Assembly: GCA_964390985.1 (NCBI GenBank)
Contig: CAYMKM010000001.1
Span: forward strand, 1 to 50,949
Source: an uncultured Clostridia bacterium
Lineage (GTDB): Bacteria > Bacillota > Limnochordia > DTU080
Direction of reading: 5' to 3'
DNA length: 50,949 nt
Position numbers and translations under genes: made by a program. Under the pieces are notes generated by a model. The model saw nothing but the letters and a program-made list of their open reading frames with translations, ran no database searches and was not told the DNA's origin. This document shows, in pieces, positions 39,384-47,888 of this stretch; position 1 is the first letter of the stretch, and each line of letters opens with the position of its first letter.

Positions 39384-39389
39384 TAGGAT

Positions 39390-40448
39390 GTGGTTACGTT
39401 GAAAATAGGTATTGTTGGCCTACCCATGTCGGGGAAAACGACCTTTTTTCGTTTACTCACCCATACACAGCCAGAGTTAGGTAAAGGGCGTTCGGCCATT
39501 GGCATGGCCATGGTGCCCGATGCCCGAGTCGATTATTTATCGGCATACTACAAACCCCGCAAAATTGCATATGCCCAAATTGCCGTGACCGATGTGCCGG
39601 GAATTGAGGCTGGGCGTAGTGAGTTTATAAATGAATTGCGCGATGTAGATCTCTTGGTGCAAGTTGTTAGAGCGTTCACTGCTGCTCACGTACCTTCTCA
39701 GCGAGTTAGCGGCCCTGATCCGTTAGCTGATGCGAAAATGATACAAGAAGAGCTAGCCTTGGCGGATTGGAGTTTAGCTGATACCAGACTTACCCGTTTG
39801 CGCAAAGGTAGTCGTCAACCGCAAACAGAGGCTGATTTGCAGGTGTTCACGCACATAACCAATGCATTGGAATCCGGCCAACCACTAAGAAAACTGGAGT
39901 TAAATGAAGAGCAACGAGAAGCTTTGCAAGGGATCTCTTTTCTCAGTGATAAACCGTGCCTTGTAGTGGTCAATACCGATGAACAGCAGTTTCGTTCCGG
40001 TAACTATCCGGGCAAAAATGAATTGACAGTTTGGTGTGAAAGGGAAGGCATGCCGCTTTTGGAAGTGTGTGGGCAGCTGGAAATGGAGATGGAAGAGCTT
40101 GATGGCGAAGATAAGGCTGCTTTCTTGGCTGATTTGGGAGTAGAAGAGACTGGTTTAACCAGGTTAGCTCGCGCTGCGTATGAATTGTTAGGCCTAATAT
40201 CATTTTTTACTGTAGGTGAAGATGAAGTTAAAGCTTGGACTGTACGTAAAGGTAGCAGTGCCAAGGAAGCTGCTGGTAAAATTCATTCCGACATTGCCCG
40301 CGGGTTTATACGCGCCGAAGTCGTACCATATACCTCCTTTGTAGAGCATAACGGCTTCCGGGTGAGGGAGAACGGCGGCCCGCGCTTAGAAGGGCGCGAT
40401 TATATAGTAGAAGATGGAGACATTATGCACATTCGCTTTAACGTATAG
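39390..40448 (+). CDS. ychF: YchF/OLA1-family ribosome-binding ATPase
   Basis: G1 motif GIVGLPMSGKTTFF and G3 motif TDVPG. The C-terminal TGS-like segment FFTVGEDEVKAWTVRKGSSAKEAAGKIHSDIARGFIRAEVV is also present. Confidence 0.85.
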   Translation: MVTLKIGIVGLPMSGKTTFFRLLTHTQPELGKGRSAIGMAMVPDARVDYLSAYYKPRKIAYAQIAVTDVPGIEAGRSEFINELRDVDLLVQVVRAFTAAHVPSQRVSGPDPLADAKMIQEELALADWSLADTRLTRLRKGSRQPQTEADLQVFTHITNALESGQPLRKLELNEEQREALQGISFLSDKPCLVVVNTDEQQFRSGNYPGKNELTVWCEREGMPLLEVCGQLEMEMEELDGEDKAAFLADLGVEETGLTRLARAAYELLGLISFFTVGEDEVKAWTVRKGSSAKEAAGKIHSDIARGFIRAEVVPYTSFVEHNGFRVRENGGPRLEGRDYIVEDGDIMHIRFNV

Positions 40449-40450
40449 TG

Positions 40451-40492
40451 ACCGGGGCCATTCCCGGGTTAGGATAGCCCCGGTTAATTTTT
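40451..40492. terminator. Bidirectional terminator candidate between convergent genes
   Basis: 8-bp GC-rich stem accggggc/gccccggt with an 18-nt loop, followed by taattttt. Confidence 0.5.
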
Positions 40493-41204
40493 AGAAAGGG
40501 TGCTCAAACGATGCAGCCACTTCAGGACCAGCTTGCGTAGCAGCGGTTTCGCTTTGGTTGGATAAGGCTGCCAACTCATTTAAGAAGGTATCTTTGTTGC
40601 CGAAAGCGTAAACAATTTGCCCATATTTAAGGCCAGCTTCTCTAGCTACAGCAGCTAACGATAAAGAACGTCCCGCTATGGCCATGGTTTTAGCAGTATC
40701 CAGTGCCAAACGGCGCGCTTCTTCTTTAGCTAATCTTTGTCCGCTCACAAATTGACGTTGAACGCCTACTGCCGCCGACGTTCCGCTTACACTAACATGA
40801 GCTGTATCTACCTCGGCAAGCTGTCTGAAGGCATCTAGCGTATACTTATCAATGCGTCGCATACCCGATTCGACATTTGCCAGTGATAATTCCAGTTTCG
40901 AAAGTTGCTCTTTTACACCATTAATATCCTCTGATATCTTAGCTAGGGTTACGTCGATTTTCCCGCTTGTATCCACCATGCTACCAGCAGCCATTCCTTC
41001 TAATGCCGCCCGTCGCCCCGAACCTAAACCAGCTAACCAATCTAGGCAACTTTGAAATGCAGCAAAGGTGCGTACGCCCATGTCAACATACAATTCGTCT
41101 AAACTATCTTTATCACCCCGCTCCGTTTGCCCTTGAGCACGTAAGGAAGCCTCAGCGGCACGTTGCCTTTCTAAGCTGGCATAATAGCGTTGCTTGCTAT
41201 TCAT
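40491..41204 (-). CDS. Hypothetical protein: coiled-coil region + C-terminal TetR-like helix-turn-helix (237 aa)
   Basis: ATG at 41204 behind SD GGAGGAGGA (6-nt spacer). The segment LSLAAVAREAGLKYGQIVYAFGNKDTFLNEL resembles the TetR-family HTH signature. No other recognisable domain was seen. Confidence 0.6.
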   Translation of the reverse strand: MNSKQRYYASLERQRAAEASLRAQGQTERGDKDSLDELYVDMGVRTFAAFQSCLDWLAGLGSGRRAALEGMAAGSMVDTSGKIDVTLAKISEDINGVKEQLSKLELSLANVESGMRRIDKYTLDAFRQLAEVDTAHVSVSGTSAAVGVQRQFVSGQRLAKEEARRLALDTAKTMAIAGRSLSLAAVAREAGLKYGQIVYAFGNKDTFLNELAALSNQSETAATQAGPEVAASFEHPF

Positions 41205-41400
41205 TATAATTCCTCCTCCCACCATAATATCTATGGAGTTGTTCTATATTCTTATGTTCGAGAAAGAGCCAATTTATGCATACCTAACCACAATCTTTAA
41301 TTCAATGCCGTCACCAGTTGAAATTGAAGCCCGAATGTCCTATTGTTAACAGAGGGAAGGCAACATATAGGCGGCTTTCCGTGACCGGAGGGTTAGCAAT

Positions 41401-41946
41401 TTGACTAAAAAATTATACCGATCTCAGCGCGATCATGTTGTGGCGGGCTTAGCCGGTGGCATAGGCGAATATTTCGGAATAGATGCCAACGTAATAAGGC
41501 TAGGGTTACTTTTAACCATGGTCTTTGGCGGTGGTGGCATAATTGCATATATTGTTGGCTGGATTATTATTCCGCCAGAATCTGGCGATAGCGCCGAGGC
41601 TAGTATGTTTCATAAGAGTGAGGTTTGGCGTCGACGTCTCATGCACGGTGCCAAACAAATGGAAGCGCACTTGCATACTCATACCACTCCGGTTACCGAG
41701 CCAGCGCCAATGCCTGATGCAAACCAGCCAGAGCAGCCAGAGCAGCCAGAGCAGCCGGAGCAAACAATACCACATGAGTCAGCACTTACACACCGTCAGC
41801 AAATAGGTGGAGCCATTCTGATTGCTATAGGATTATTCATGATAGTACTTAGGTTCTTTCCTTGGATTAACATAGTGGCATGGTTGTGGCCATTTATCAT
41901 AGTTGGTCTAGGTGTTATTTTGATTGTACGCGGTTTGCATGAATAG
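41401..41946 (+). CDS. PspC-domain membrane protein
   Basis: LYRSQRDHVVAGLAGGIGEYFGIDANVIRLGLLL is a PspC domain. It is followed by a TM segment, a (QPE)4 linker and two C-terminal TM segments. TTG start. Confidence 0.8.
   Translation: MTKKLYRSQRDHVVAGLAGGIGEYFGIDANVIRLGLLLTMVFGGGGIIAYIVGWIIIPPESGDSAEASMFHKSEVWRRRLMHGAKQMEAHLHTHTTPVTEPAPMPDANQPEQPEQPEQPEQTIPHESALTHRQQIGGAILIAIGLFMIVLRFFPWINIVAWLWPFIIVGLGVILIVRGLHE
41725..41760 (+). repeat. In-frame 9-bp tandem repeat x4 (CAGCCAGAG x3, CAGCCGGAG) encoding (QPE)4
   Basis: Read directly from the sequence. Confidence 0.9.
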
Positions 41947-42850
41947 AGGGATACCTTTGAGAGTAGGGCGTATAAACCTGGGCGCAGCCTTGGTTGTTAT
42001 TGGGCTGCTCTTGGCTTTAATGAAATGGGGCTTCCTAGATTGGAGTTTATGGTGGAAGCTAGGCAGATGGTGGCCGGCTTTTTTAGTGGTATTCGGCCTT
42101 AACTTGGTGCTGCAGCGTACACGTTTATGGTTCATACCAACGGTGTTAGGTTTGTTAGTTGTTATTTTTGCTGTAACAATAGGTGGAATTAACCCTGGTG
42201 ATTGGCAAACCCATACCTTGGTTGCTAACCAATCGCTGCCAGCAGGCACTCAAGAAGCTCGTATTTGTTTGGATATGGGGGCGGGCCGAATTCGTTTGGT
42301 AGGTCCGGCAAAAGGGTTGTACGAAGCAGAGTTTCGTTATTTCGGAGATGAACCCAGCCGCAACTTAACACCGTTGTCTGCGCAAGCCGTAAAGGTCGAT
42401 ATACGTCAAGAAGACAGACGAGCGCCAAAATGGATGCGGGGGTTATCGGAACGTTGGGATTTACAGCTTAGTTCCGAAATTCCTAACGATGTAGAGGTCT
42501 TTGCAGCAGCTGTTGATTTAGGGGTGTTTTTTGGGGATTACCCATTGCGAGTTTTAGATGTTTCGGCAGGATATGGTCGCATTGAGCTGCAATTAGCTGA
42601 GACCGGTTTTCGCACGGATATTTTTATTAATGCCACTGTAACCGATATTACGTTGATAGTGCCACCGCGAGTTGGAGTTTTGGTACAAATGGCCAGTTTG
42701 CTCACCAGTCACAACATGAAGGAAATAGGTTACATTCCGGCAGAAGATGGTTACCGATCAGCCAACTACAGTGAGGCGGAATCAGCGGTCTATATTTATG
42801 TAGCAGCTACAGCGGCCAGGCTAAAGGTGAAACCACAAAACAGTATATGA
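41939..42850 (+). CDS. Membrane protein, LiaF-like/DUF-type partner of PspC (putative cell-envelope stress module)
   Basis: The N-terminal W-rich TM hairpins (LLLALMKWGFLDWSLWWKLGRWWPAFLVVFG) are typical of the LiaI/LiaF-like TM region. The C-terminal region is beta-rich. Its ATG overlaps the pspC-domain gene end by 8 nt. Confidence 0.45.
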   Translation: MNRGIPLRVGRINLGAALVVIGLLLALMKWGFLDWSLWWKLGRWWPAFLVVFGLNLVLQRTRLWFIPTVLGLLVVIFAVTIGGINPGDWQTHTLVANQSLPAGTQEARICLDMGAGRIRLVGPAKGLYEAEFRYFGDEPSRNLTPLSAQAVKVDIRQEDRRAPKWMRGLSERWDLQLSSEIPNDVEVFAAAVDLGVFFGDYPLRVLDVSAGYGRIELQLAETGFRTDIFINATVTDITLIVPPRVGVLVQMASLLTSHNMKEIGYIPAEDGYRSANYSEAESAVYIYVAATAARLKVKPQNSI

Positions 42851-42881
42851 AAAACGGCTACCTGCTAATTGGAGGTAGCCG
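42850..42881 (-). terminator. Rho-independent terminator of spoVT (also a hairpin for the + strand gene)
   Basis: 9-bp stem cggctacct/aggtagccg with a 9-nt loop. On the minus strand it is followed by TTTTT. Confidence 0.6.
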
Positions 42882-42893
42882 CTATCTCTACTT

Positions 42894-43421
42894 CTATCCA
42901 AGTTGTTTCGCCAAAAAGTCAGCGGCAGTTTGGCATAAGGTGTGTTCTAAATCAGCTAGCGGTTTATCCTTGGAAAGCAAAGCTACTGCACCCACTACAT
43001 CGCCCTCATGAATAATGGGTACCAGAAGTTGGTTAGCATCCTCGAAGCCAGGAATGGGCAGCTTCCGATTGGCTTGTGCGGAGTTCCAAGATCGGCGTTC
43101 TTCCATAAGATCGGATACCTCATCTACAACCGATTTACCAAGGAACAACTTTTTGCTGGTACCGGCAGCGGCGATGTAGGTGTCGCGATCCATAATAAGA
43201 GAGATGTGGCCAGTCGATTCAAAGAGGGAATCGGCATACTCTTGTGCGAAGTCTTCTAGATCAGCAATGGGGGAGTACTTTTTCAAAATCACCTCCCCAT
43301 CACGATCAGTGAAGATCTCGAGTGCGTCTCGTTCACGAATGCGTAAGGTGCGTCGTATTTCTTTTGGTATGACAATTCTGCCCAAATCGTCGATCCTTCG
43401 GACGATGCCGGTTGCTTTCAT
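42894..43421 (-). CDS. spoVT: Stage V sporulation protein T (AbrB-family regulator with GAF-like C-terminal domain)
   Basis: MKATGIVRRIDDLGRIVIPKEIRRTLRIRERDALEIF is the SpoVT/AbrB swapped-hairpin domain. At 175 aa it is close to B. subtilis SpoVT. The ATG at 43421 sits behind SD AGGAGG. Confidence 0.9.
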   Translation of the reverse strand: MKATGIVRRIDDLGRIVIPKEIRRTLRIRERDALEIFTDRDGEVILKKYSPIADLEDFAQEYADSLFESTGHISLIMDRDTYIAAAGTSKKLFLGKSVVDEVSDLMEERRSWNSAQANRKLPIPGFEDANQLLVPIIHEGDVVGAVALLSKDKPLADLEHTLCQTAADFLAKQLG

Positions 43422-43488
43422 GGTGAATACCTCCTGGAATGTAACATTCACATTACGATTGCCAGTTATGCCTTGGTAAGCAGGAAGT

Positions 43489-44145
43489 TTGTGCTATTCA
43501 TTGACAGAAGGGGGCAAAAGAGGTATGGGAAAAAATGCCTGTAAGCACATTGCCTTGTTGTTGATTATCGTAATTTTTGGGGTCAATCTGCCAAACACAT
43601 GTGCGCAAACTCCTGTAGGTACCGATGAGTTGGTAATGGCAGGAACCGCATTAGCTATCACTTATAAACTTGACCAACCTTGGTCACAAGCGTGGCGTTT
43701 ACCACAGGAATCGCCTTTATACCAGGTAGCAGCATTCACCTCAAAGGTTGGTAGTGCAAAAGGGTACGTGGTGGTCCTACCCGCATTGTATTTGGCCGAT
43801 CAATCGGTGGGAATTCGGGCGATAAAAGCGGTTGGTGTAGCAAGTGCGGTAACCTACACAACTAAAATACTAGCCGGAAGGCAGCGACCCAATGTGCCAG
43901 GTGGGAGCGGGGAGTTTACGGGCTTTTCATTCTCTGATGGAGAGCAATCGTTTCCCAGCGGACATACTGCGGCAGCATTTGCTTTAGCCACTGTTTTAGC
44001 GCGCACTGATACCAGACACAGTTGGGCTTACTACTCGGGCGCTACGTTAATAGGTATTTCGCGCATCAACTTGGGCAGCCATTGGCCCAGCGATGTTTTG
44101 GCAGGGGCCCTGCTGGGTATGGCGGTTGGCCGGTGGGTTTTTTAG
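43489..44145 (+). CDS. PAP2-family phosphatase (membrane/secreted)
   Basis: PAP2 motifs KxxxxRxRP (KILAGRQRP), PSGH (SFPSGHTAAAFA) and SRxxxxxHxxxD (SRINLGSHWPSDV). The start is ambiguous (TTG 43489 or ATG 43525). Confidence 0.8.
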   Translation: MCYSLTEGGKRGMGKNACKHIALLLIIVIFGVNLPNTCAQTPVGTDELVMAGTALAITYKLDQPWSQAWRLPQESPLYQVAAFTSKVGSAKGYVVVLPALYLADQSVGIRAIKAVGVASAVTYTTKILAGRQRPNVPGGSGEFTGFSFSDGEQSFPSGHTAAAFALATVLARTDTRHSWAYYSGATLIGISRINLGSHWPSDVLAGALLGMAVGRWVF

Positions 44146-44167
44146 CCTACCCTGACAGTATTTAAAC

Positions 44168-44196
44168 AGCCCAGCTAGAAGCGATTTAGCTGGGCT
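44168..44196 (+). terminator. Terminator-like hairpin after the PAP2 gene
   Basis: 10-bp stem agcccagcta/tagctgggct with a 9-nt loop. The trailing tatgtt is a weak U-tract. Confidence 0.4.
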
Positions 44197-44254
44197 TATG
44201 TTATAATTGGCCTTGGTTACGGACAGTAAATCGAAATAGTGAAAGGAGAGCCCC

Positions 44255-44818
44255 ATGAGGGGTTTGAAAATTCATATTATAATCATTGCTTTTGTTACCA
44301 CTGTCGCTGTGGCAGTTGGTGGCAACTATTTTAGTTATCAGTATCGAGTAGTAAAACCGCTTATGACGTCTATTACTGCCATACCAGGCGTAACCGATGC
44401 CAGTGTGCAAAACGGTACTGCTCGCCACCGCGATATTGTGGTTTCGTTGCAACCAAAGGTTAATCGCGCCGTTTCCGCTTATCTCTTGGTGGAGCAACTA
44501 GCTCGTCAAAATTTGGGCACAGCCTTCGGTGAAATAAAAGTGAACGATAATCGGGATGAAAGCCTGGAAACAATCTTTTATAAAATGCATTTCCACTTGC
44601 AGCAAGCAATTGCGACCGGTATGTTCACACAAATGGAAGAGAGCATAAACGCAATTGCCCGACAAGAAGCACTGCAAGATCATCAGGTGATTGTAGAGCA
44701 AGAACGCGTAATTATATGCTTGAGCAAAGGTGAGCACATGCTGTTTACCGTAATGCCGCGGTTTTCTACAAATATCGGTCAGCAAACGGTTGAAAGGAGG
44801 GCGGTATCCTTATGGTAA
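44255..44818 (+). CDS. Hypothetical membrane-anchored protein (187 aa), upstream partner of the short FtsH paralog
   Basis: SD AAAGGAGAG lies upstream, and there is one N-terminal TM segment (IHIIIIAFVTTVAVAV). It overlaps the next gene by 7 nt. No motif was recognised. Confidence 0.55.
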   Translation: MRGLKIHIIIIAFVTTVAVAVGGNYFSYQYRVVKPLMTSITAIPGVTDASVQNGTARHRDIVVSLQPKVNRAVSAYLLVEQLARQNLGTAFGEIKVNDNRDESLETIFYKMHFHLQQAIATGMFTQMEESINAIARQEALQDHQVIVEQERVIICLSKGEHMLFTVMPRFSTNIGQQTVERRAVSLW

Positions 44819-46350
44819 CAGAGCTTATTATCGGTATAATATCCGGCTGTGTAATTGTAGCAGTCATTTTAGGGTTAGATATGACGCCCTTCCTATTACT
44901 AGGAGTCGTATATATGGTTTACCGTTTGCTAATGCAAGGAGGACAACTAGGTAAGCGTTTCGAGATGCTGGGAGGAGGCATGTCACCGGGCAGCTCTACT
45001 AATATCACCTTTGCCGATATTGGCGGTCAGGAGGAGGCCAAGCGTGAATTTCGCGAAGCGCTGGAACTAGCCTGCATGCCCGAGAAGGCAGCGCGATTAG
45101 GTATCCGCCCGTTGAAAGGTATTCTATTGGTCGGACCTCCTGGCACCGGGAAGACTCTTTTGGCTAAAGCTGCCGCCAATTTTACTAATTCGGTATTCAT
45201 CAGCGCTTCTGGTAGCCAGTTTGTGGAGATGTATGCTGGCGTGGGTGCTCAACGCGTCCGCCAAATTTTTAAACAGGCTCGCAGTGCAGCCACTAAAGAG
45301 AAGAAAACCAGTGCTATTATTTTTATCGATGAAATTGAAGTATTAGGAGGCAAACGTGGTCAGCATAGTAGCCACCTGGAGTATGATCAAACGCTGAACG
45401 AACTTTTAGTGCAAATGGATGGCATTGAATCAGACTCTAATAGCGTACGTATACTCGTTGTGGCCGCCACTAACCGGGCTGATCTGCTTGATTCAGCACT
45501 ATTGCGGCCGGGGCGTTTCGACCGCTTAGTGCAAGTGGAGCTGCCAGATCAACAAGGTCGGCTGCATATATTGAAAATACACAGTCGTCATCGGCCTTTA
45601 GCAGACGACGTTGATGTGGAGCAGTTAGCCAAAGATACCTACGGGTTCTCAGGAGCACATTTGGAAGCTGTAATGAATGAAGCCTCCATTCTGGCTTTGC
45701 GGCACGATAAACAGATGATTCACGCTACTGATCTGCACGAAGCAGTAGATAAGGTGTTGATGGGTGAGAAACTTGACAGACGCCCGCAACCCGATGAGTG
45801 CCAGCGGATAGCTTATCATGAAGCAGGTCATGCCTTTATAAGCGAGATGGTGCGACCTGGTTCAGTAGCGAGGGTTACAATAGTACCTCGAGGACGGGCC
45901 TTAGGTTACATGCGTCAGTCACCAGAAGCTGATCAATACCTTTACACCCGTCAGGATCTGCTCGATCAAATTTCGGTATGTTTAGGTGGAGCCATTGCTG
46001 AGGAAGTATTTATCGGGTCGCGCAGCACTGGGGCAGTAGGCGATCTTTCACAGGCTGTCGATTTAGTTGAACGGCTAATAAACAGTGGCCTTTCAGATTT
46101 GGGTGTGGTTAATCCGCAAACCCTACCCAATAACATGATGCACGAGGAGATGCAAAAAGTTATTCATCAGCAAGAAACATATGTAAGGCGTCAAGTAGAA
46201 GCCTGCCGCGATAAGCTTCAAGAGGTAGCTTTACACTTATTGGAGTATGAAAAGATGAGCGGCGACGATTTTCGGCGTATAATAGGTGAGACGCAGCCAT
46301 TATCTACCGACATGACACAAGCTTTGCACGCTGCTGTGAAGACAGGCTAA
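44812..46350 (+). CDS. FtsH-like AAA+ ATPase / M41 zinc metalloprotease lacking the extracytoplasmic domain (512 aa)
   Basis: Walker A GPPGTGKT, Walker B IIFIDEID-like (IIFIDEIE), SRH ATNRADLLDSALLRPGRFD and the zinc site HEAGHA. Only about 45 aa of back-to-back TM segments precede the AAA module. Confidence 0.85.
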   Translation: MVTELIIGIISGCVIVAVILGLDMTPFLLLGVVYMVYRLLMQGGQLGKRFEMLGGGMSPGSSTNITFADIGGQEEAKREFREALELACMPEKAARLGIRPLKGILLVGPPGTGKTLLAKAAANFTNSVFISASGSQFVEMYAGVGAQRVRQIFKQARSAATKEKKTSAIIFIDEIEVLGGKRGQHSSHLEYDQTLNELLVQMDGIESDSNSVRILVVAATNRADLLDSALLRPGRFDRLVQVELPDQQGRLHILKIHSRHRPLADDVDVEQLAKDTYGFSGAHLEAVMNEASILALRHDKQMIHATDLHEAVDKVLMGEKLDRRPQPDECQRIAYHEAGHAFISEMVRPGSVARVTIVPRGRALGYMRQSPEADQYLYTRQDLLDQISVCLGGAIAEEVFIGSRSTGAVGDLSQAVDLVERLINSGLSDLGVVNPQTLPNNMMHEEMQKVIHQQETYVRRQVEACRDKLQEVALHLLEYEKMSGDDFRRIIGETQPLSTDMTQALHAAVKTG

Positions 46351-46491
46351 TAATCACTGCTACACGCGTATTAATAATGTAGAAAAGGCTGTTCGGAAAG
46401 GCTATTTCTGGGCAGCTTTTTAATTTATGCAGGTGGAAGAGGGGCGCAACGAGAATCCTGCAACCTGAATCACCGACGAGGAGGAATCGCA

Positions 46492-47877
46492 TTGGCTGAT
46501 TTGGTTTCCCTGCACGAGGCTCTGGAGCAAACCCAGGAAGAAGTGCGGGCGCGGTCAAAGAAATATATAAATCCCAGCTTAGTTAGTATGATGAGCTTGC
46601 TAGATTTTGACAAACCGTTTGTAAGAGCACAAGGCGTGAGTGTATGGGATAACCAAGGCCGGGAATACCTGGACTTTTTAGGTGGGTATGGTGCGTTAAA
46701 CCTAGGCCACAATCCGCCTGAAGTGCTACAGGTTATAAAAGAGGTGGCACAGCGTCCTAACTTGCTCCAGGTGGGTTTAAACCCATTGGCTGCGGCCATG
46801 GCGGAAAACCTGGCCATTTTAACGCCAGGCGATCTTGGCCGTACCTTCTTTTGTAATTCCGGCGCTGAAGCGGTGGAAGGGGCGCTCAAATTAGCGAAAG
46901 CGTATAGCGATAAACCTGTCATCCTTTACATGGACGGCTCGTTCCACGGTAAATCGCTGGGTGCGCTATCGGTTACTGGTCGGACAAAATATCAAAAGCC
47001 TTTTAAACCATTGGTGCCAGGTTGTGAGAAAGTTCCTTTTGGAGATTTAACCGCCTTGCGTGAACGCATGCGTCAGGGCGATGTAGCTGCCGTTATAATG
47101 GAACCAATACAAGGTGAGGGCGGCATTCAAGTGCCACCTGATGGCTTCCTAAGCGGAGCGCGTGGTTTATGTTCCGAGTTTGGTGCACTAATGATTGTCG
47201 ACGAAATACAAACTGGTTTTGGCCGTACTGGCAAATTATTTGCGTGCGAGCATGAAGGTGTAGTACCAGACGTCCTTTGTTTAGCCAAATCACTCGGGGG
47301 CGGAGTAGTACCTATTGGTGCAGTGGTGGCTCGTCCTGCAGTTTGGGATAAAGTATACGGTGGTATGGAAAGGGCTACATTGCATACATCAACCTTTGGT
47401 GGCAATACACTGGCCATGGCGGTGGCACTCAGCTCCGTTGCATCAATTGTCGATCAGAATTTGGCGGAGCGTTCAGCTAAATTGGGTGCCTACTTTATGG
47501 ATAAATTACAGGAATTAGCCAAGAAGTACCCTATTATAAAGGAAGTACGGGGACGCGGTCTTTTTATTGGGTTAGAGTTTCGTGAGCAAGAAGGACTAGC
47601 CAATCTACTTAGCGCTGGTAAGTTAAATGAGGTAGCTCGTGAATATATGGGCGCTATGGTTGCTGGCTCGTTGCTTAACGAAGAACATATAATAACTGCT
47701 TTTACCTTGAACAACCCCAACGTTATTCGTCTTGAACCACCGTTGATAGTGACTCAAGAGCAAATAGACCGGGTGTTGGCTGCGCTTGATGCTACGTTGC
47801 AGCGCACAGGCTCCTTTTGGAAAGCGTCGCTCTCCACAGCAAAAACTGTGGTATCGGGTTTGTTCAAGAAACGGTAA
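46492..47877 (+). CDS. Class III PLP-dependent aminotransferase (putrescine/acetylornithine/GABA aminotransferase family)
   Basis: FLGGYGALNLGHNPP, NSGAEAVEGALKLA, DEIQTGFGRTG and LAKSLGGG (PLP lysine context). TTG start. Confidence 0.85.
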   Translation: MADLVSLHEALEQTQEEVRARSKKYINPSLVSMMSLLDFDKPFVRAQGVSVWDNQGREYLDFLGGYGALNLGHNPPEVLQVIKEVAQRPNLLQVGLNPLAAAMAENLAILTPGDLGRTFFCNSGAEAVEGALKLAKAYSDKPVILYMDGSFHGKSLGALSVTGRTKYQKPFKPLVPGCEKVPFGDLTALRERMRQGDVAAVIMEPIQGEGGIQVPPDGFLSGARGLCSEFGALMIVDEIQTGFGRTGKLFACEHEGVVPDVLCLAKSLGGGVVPIGAVVARPAVWDKVYGGMERATLHTSTFGGNTLAMAVALSSVASIVDQNLAERSAKLGAYFMDKLQELAKKYPIIKEVRGRGLFIGLEFREQEGLANLLSAGKLNEVAREYMGAMVAGSLLNEEHIITAFTLNNPNVIRLEPPLIVTQEQIDRVLAALDATLQRTGSFWKASLSTAKTVVSGLFKKR

Positions 47878-47888
47878 GGAGGTTACTA

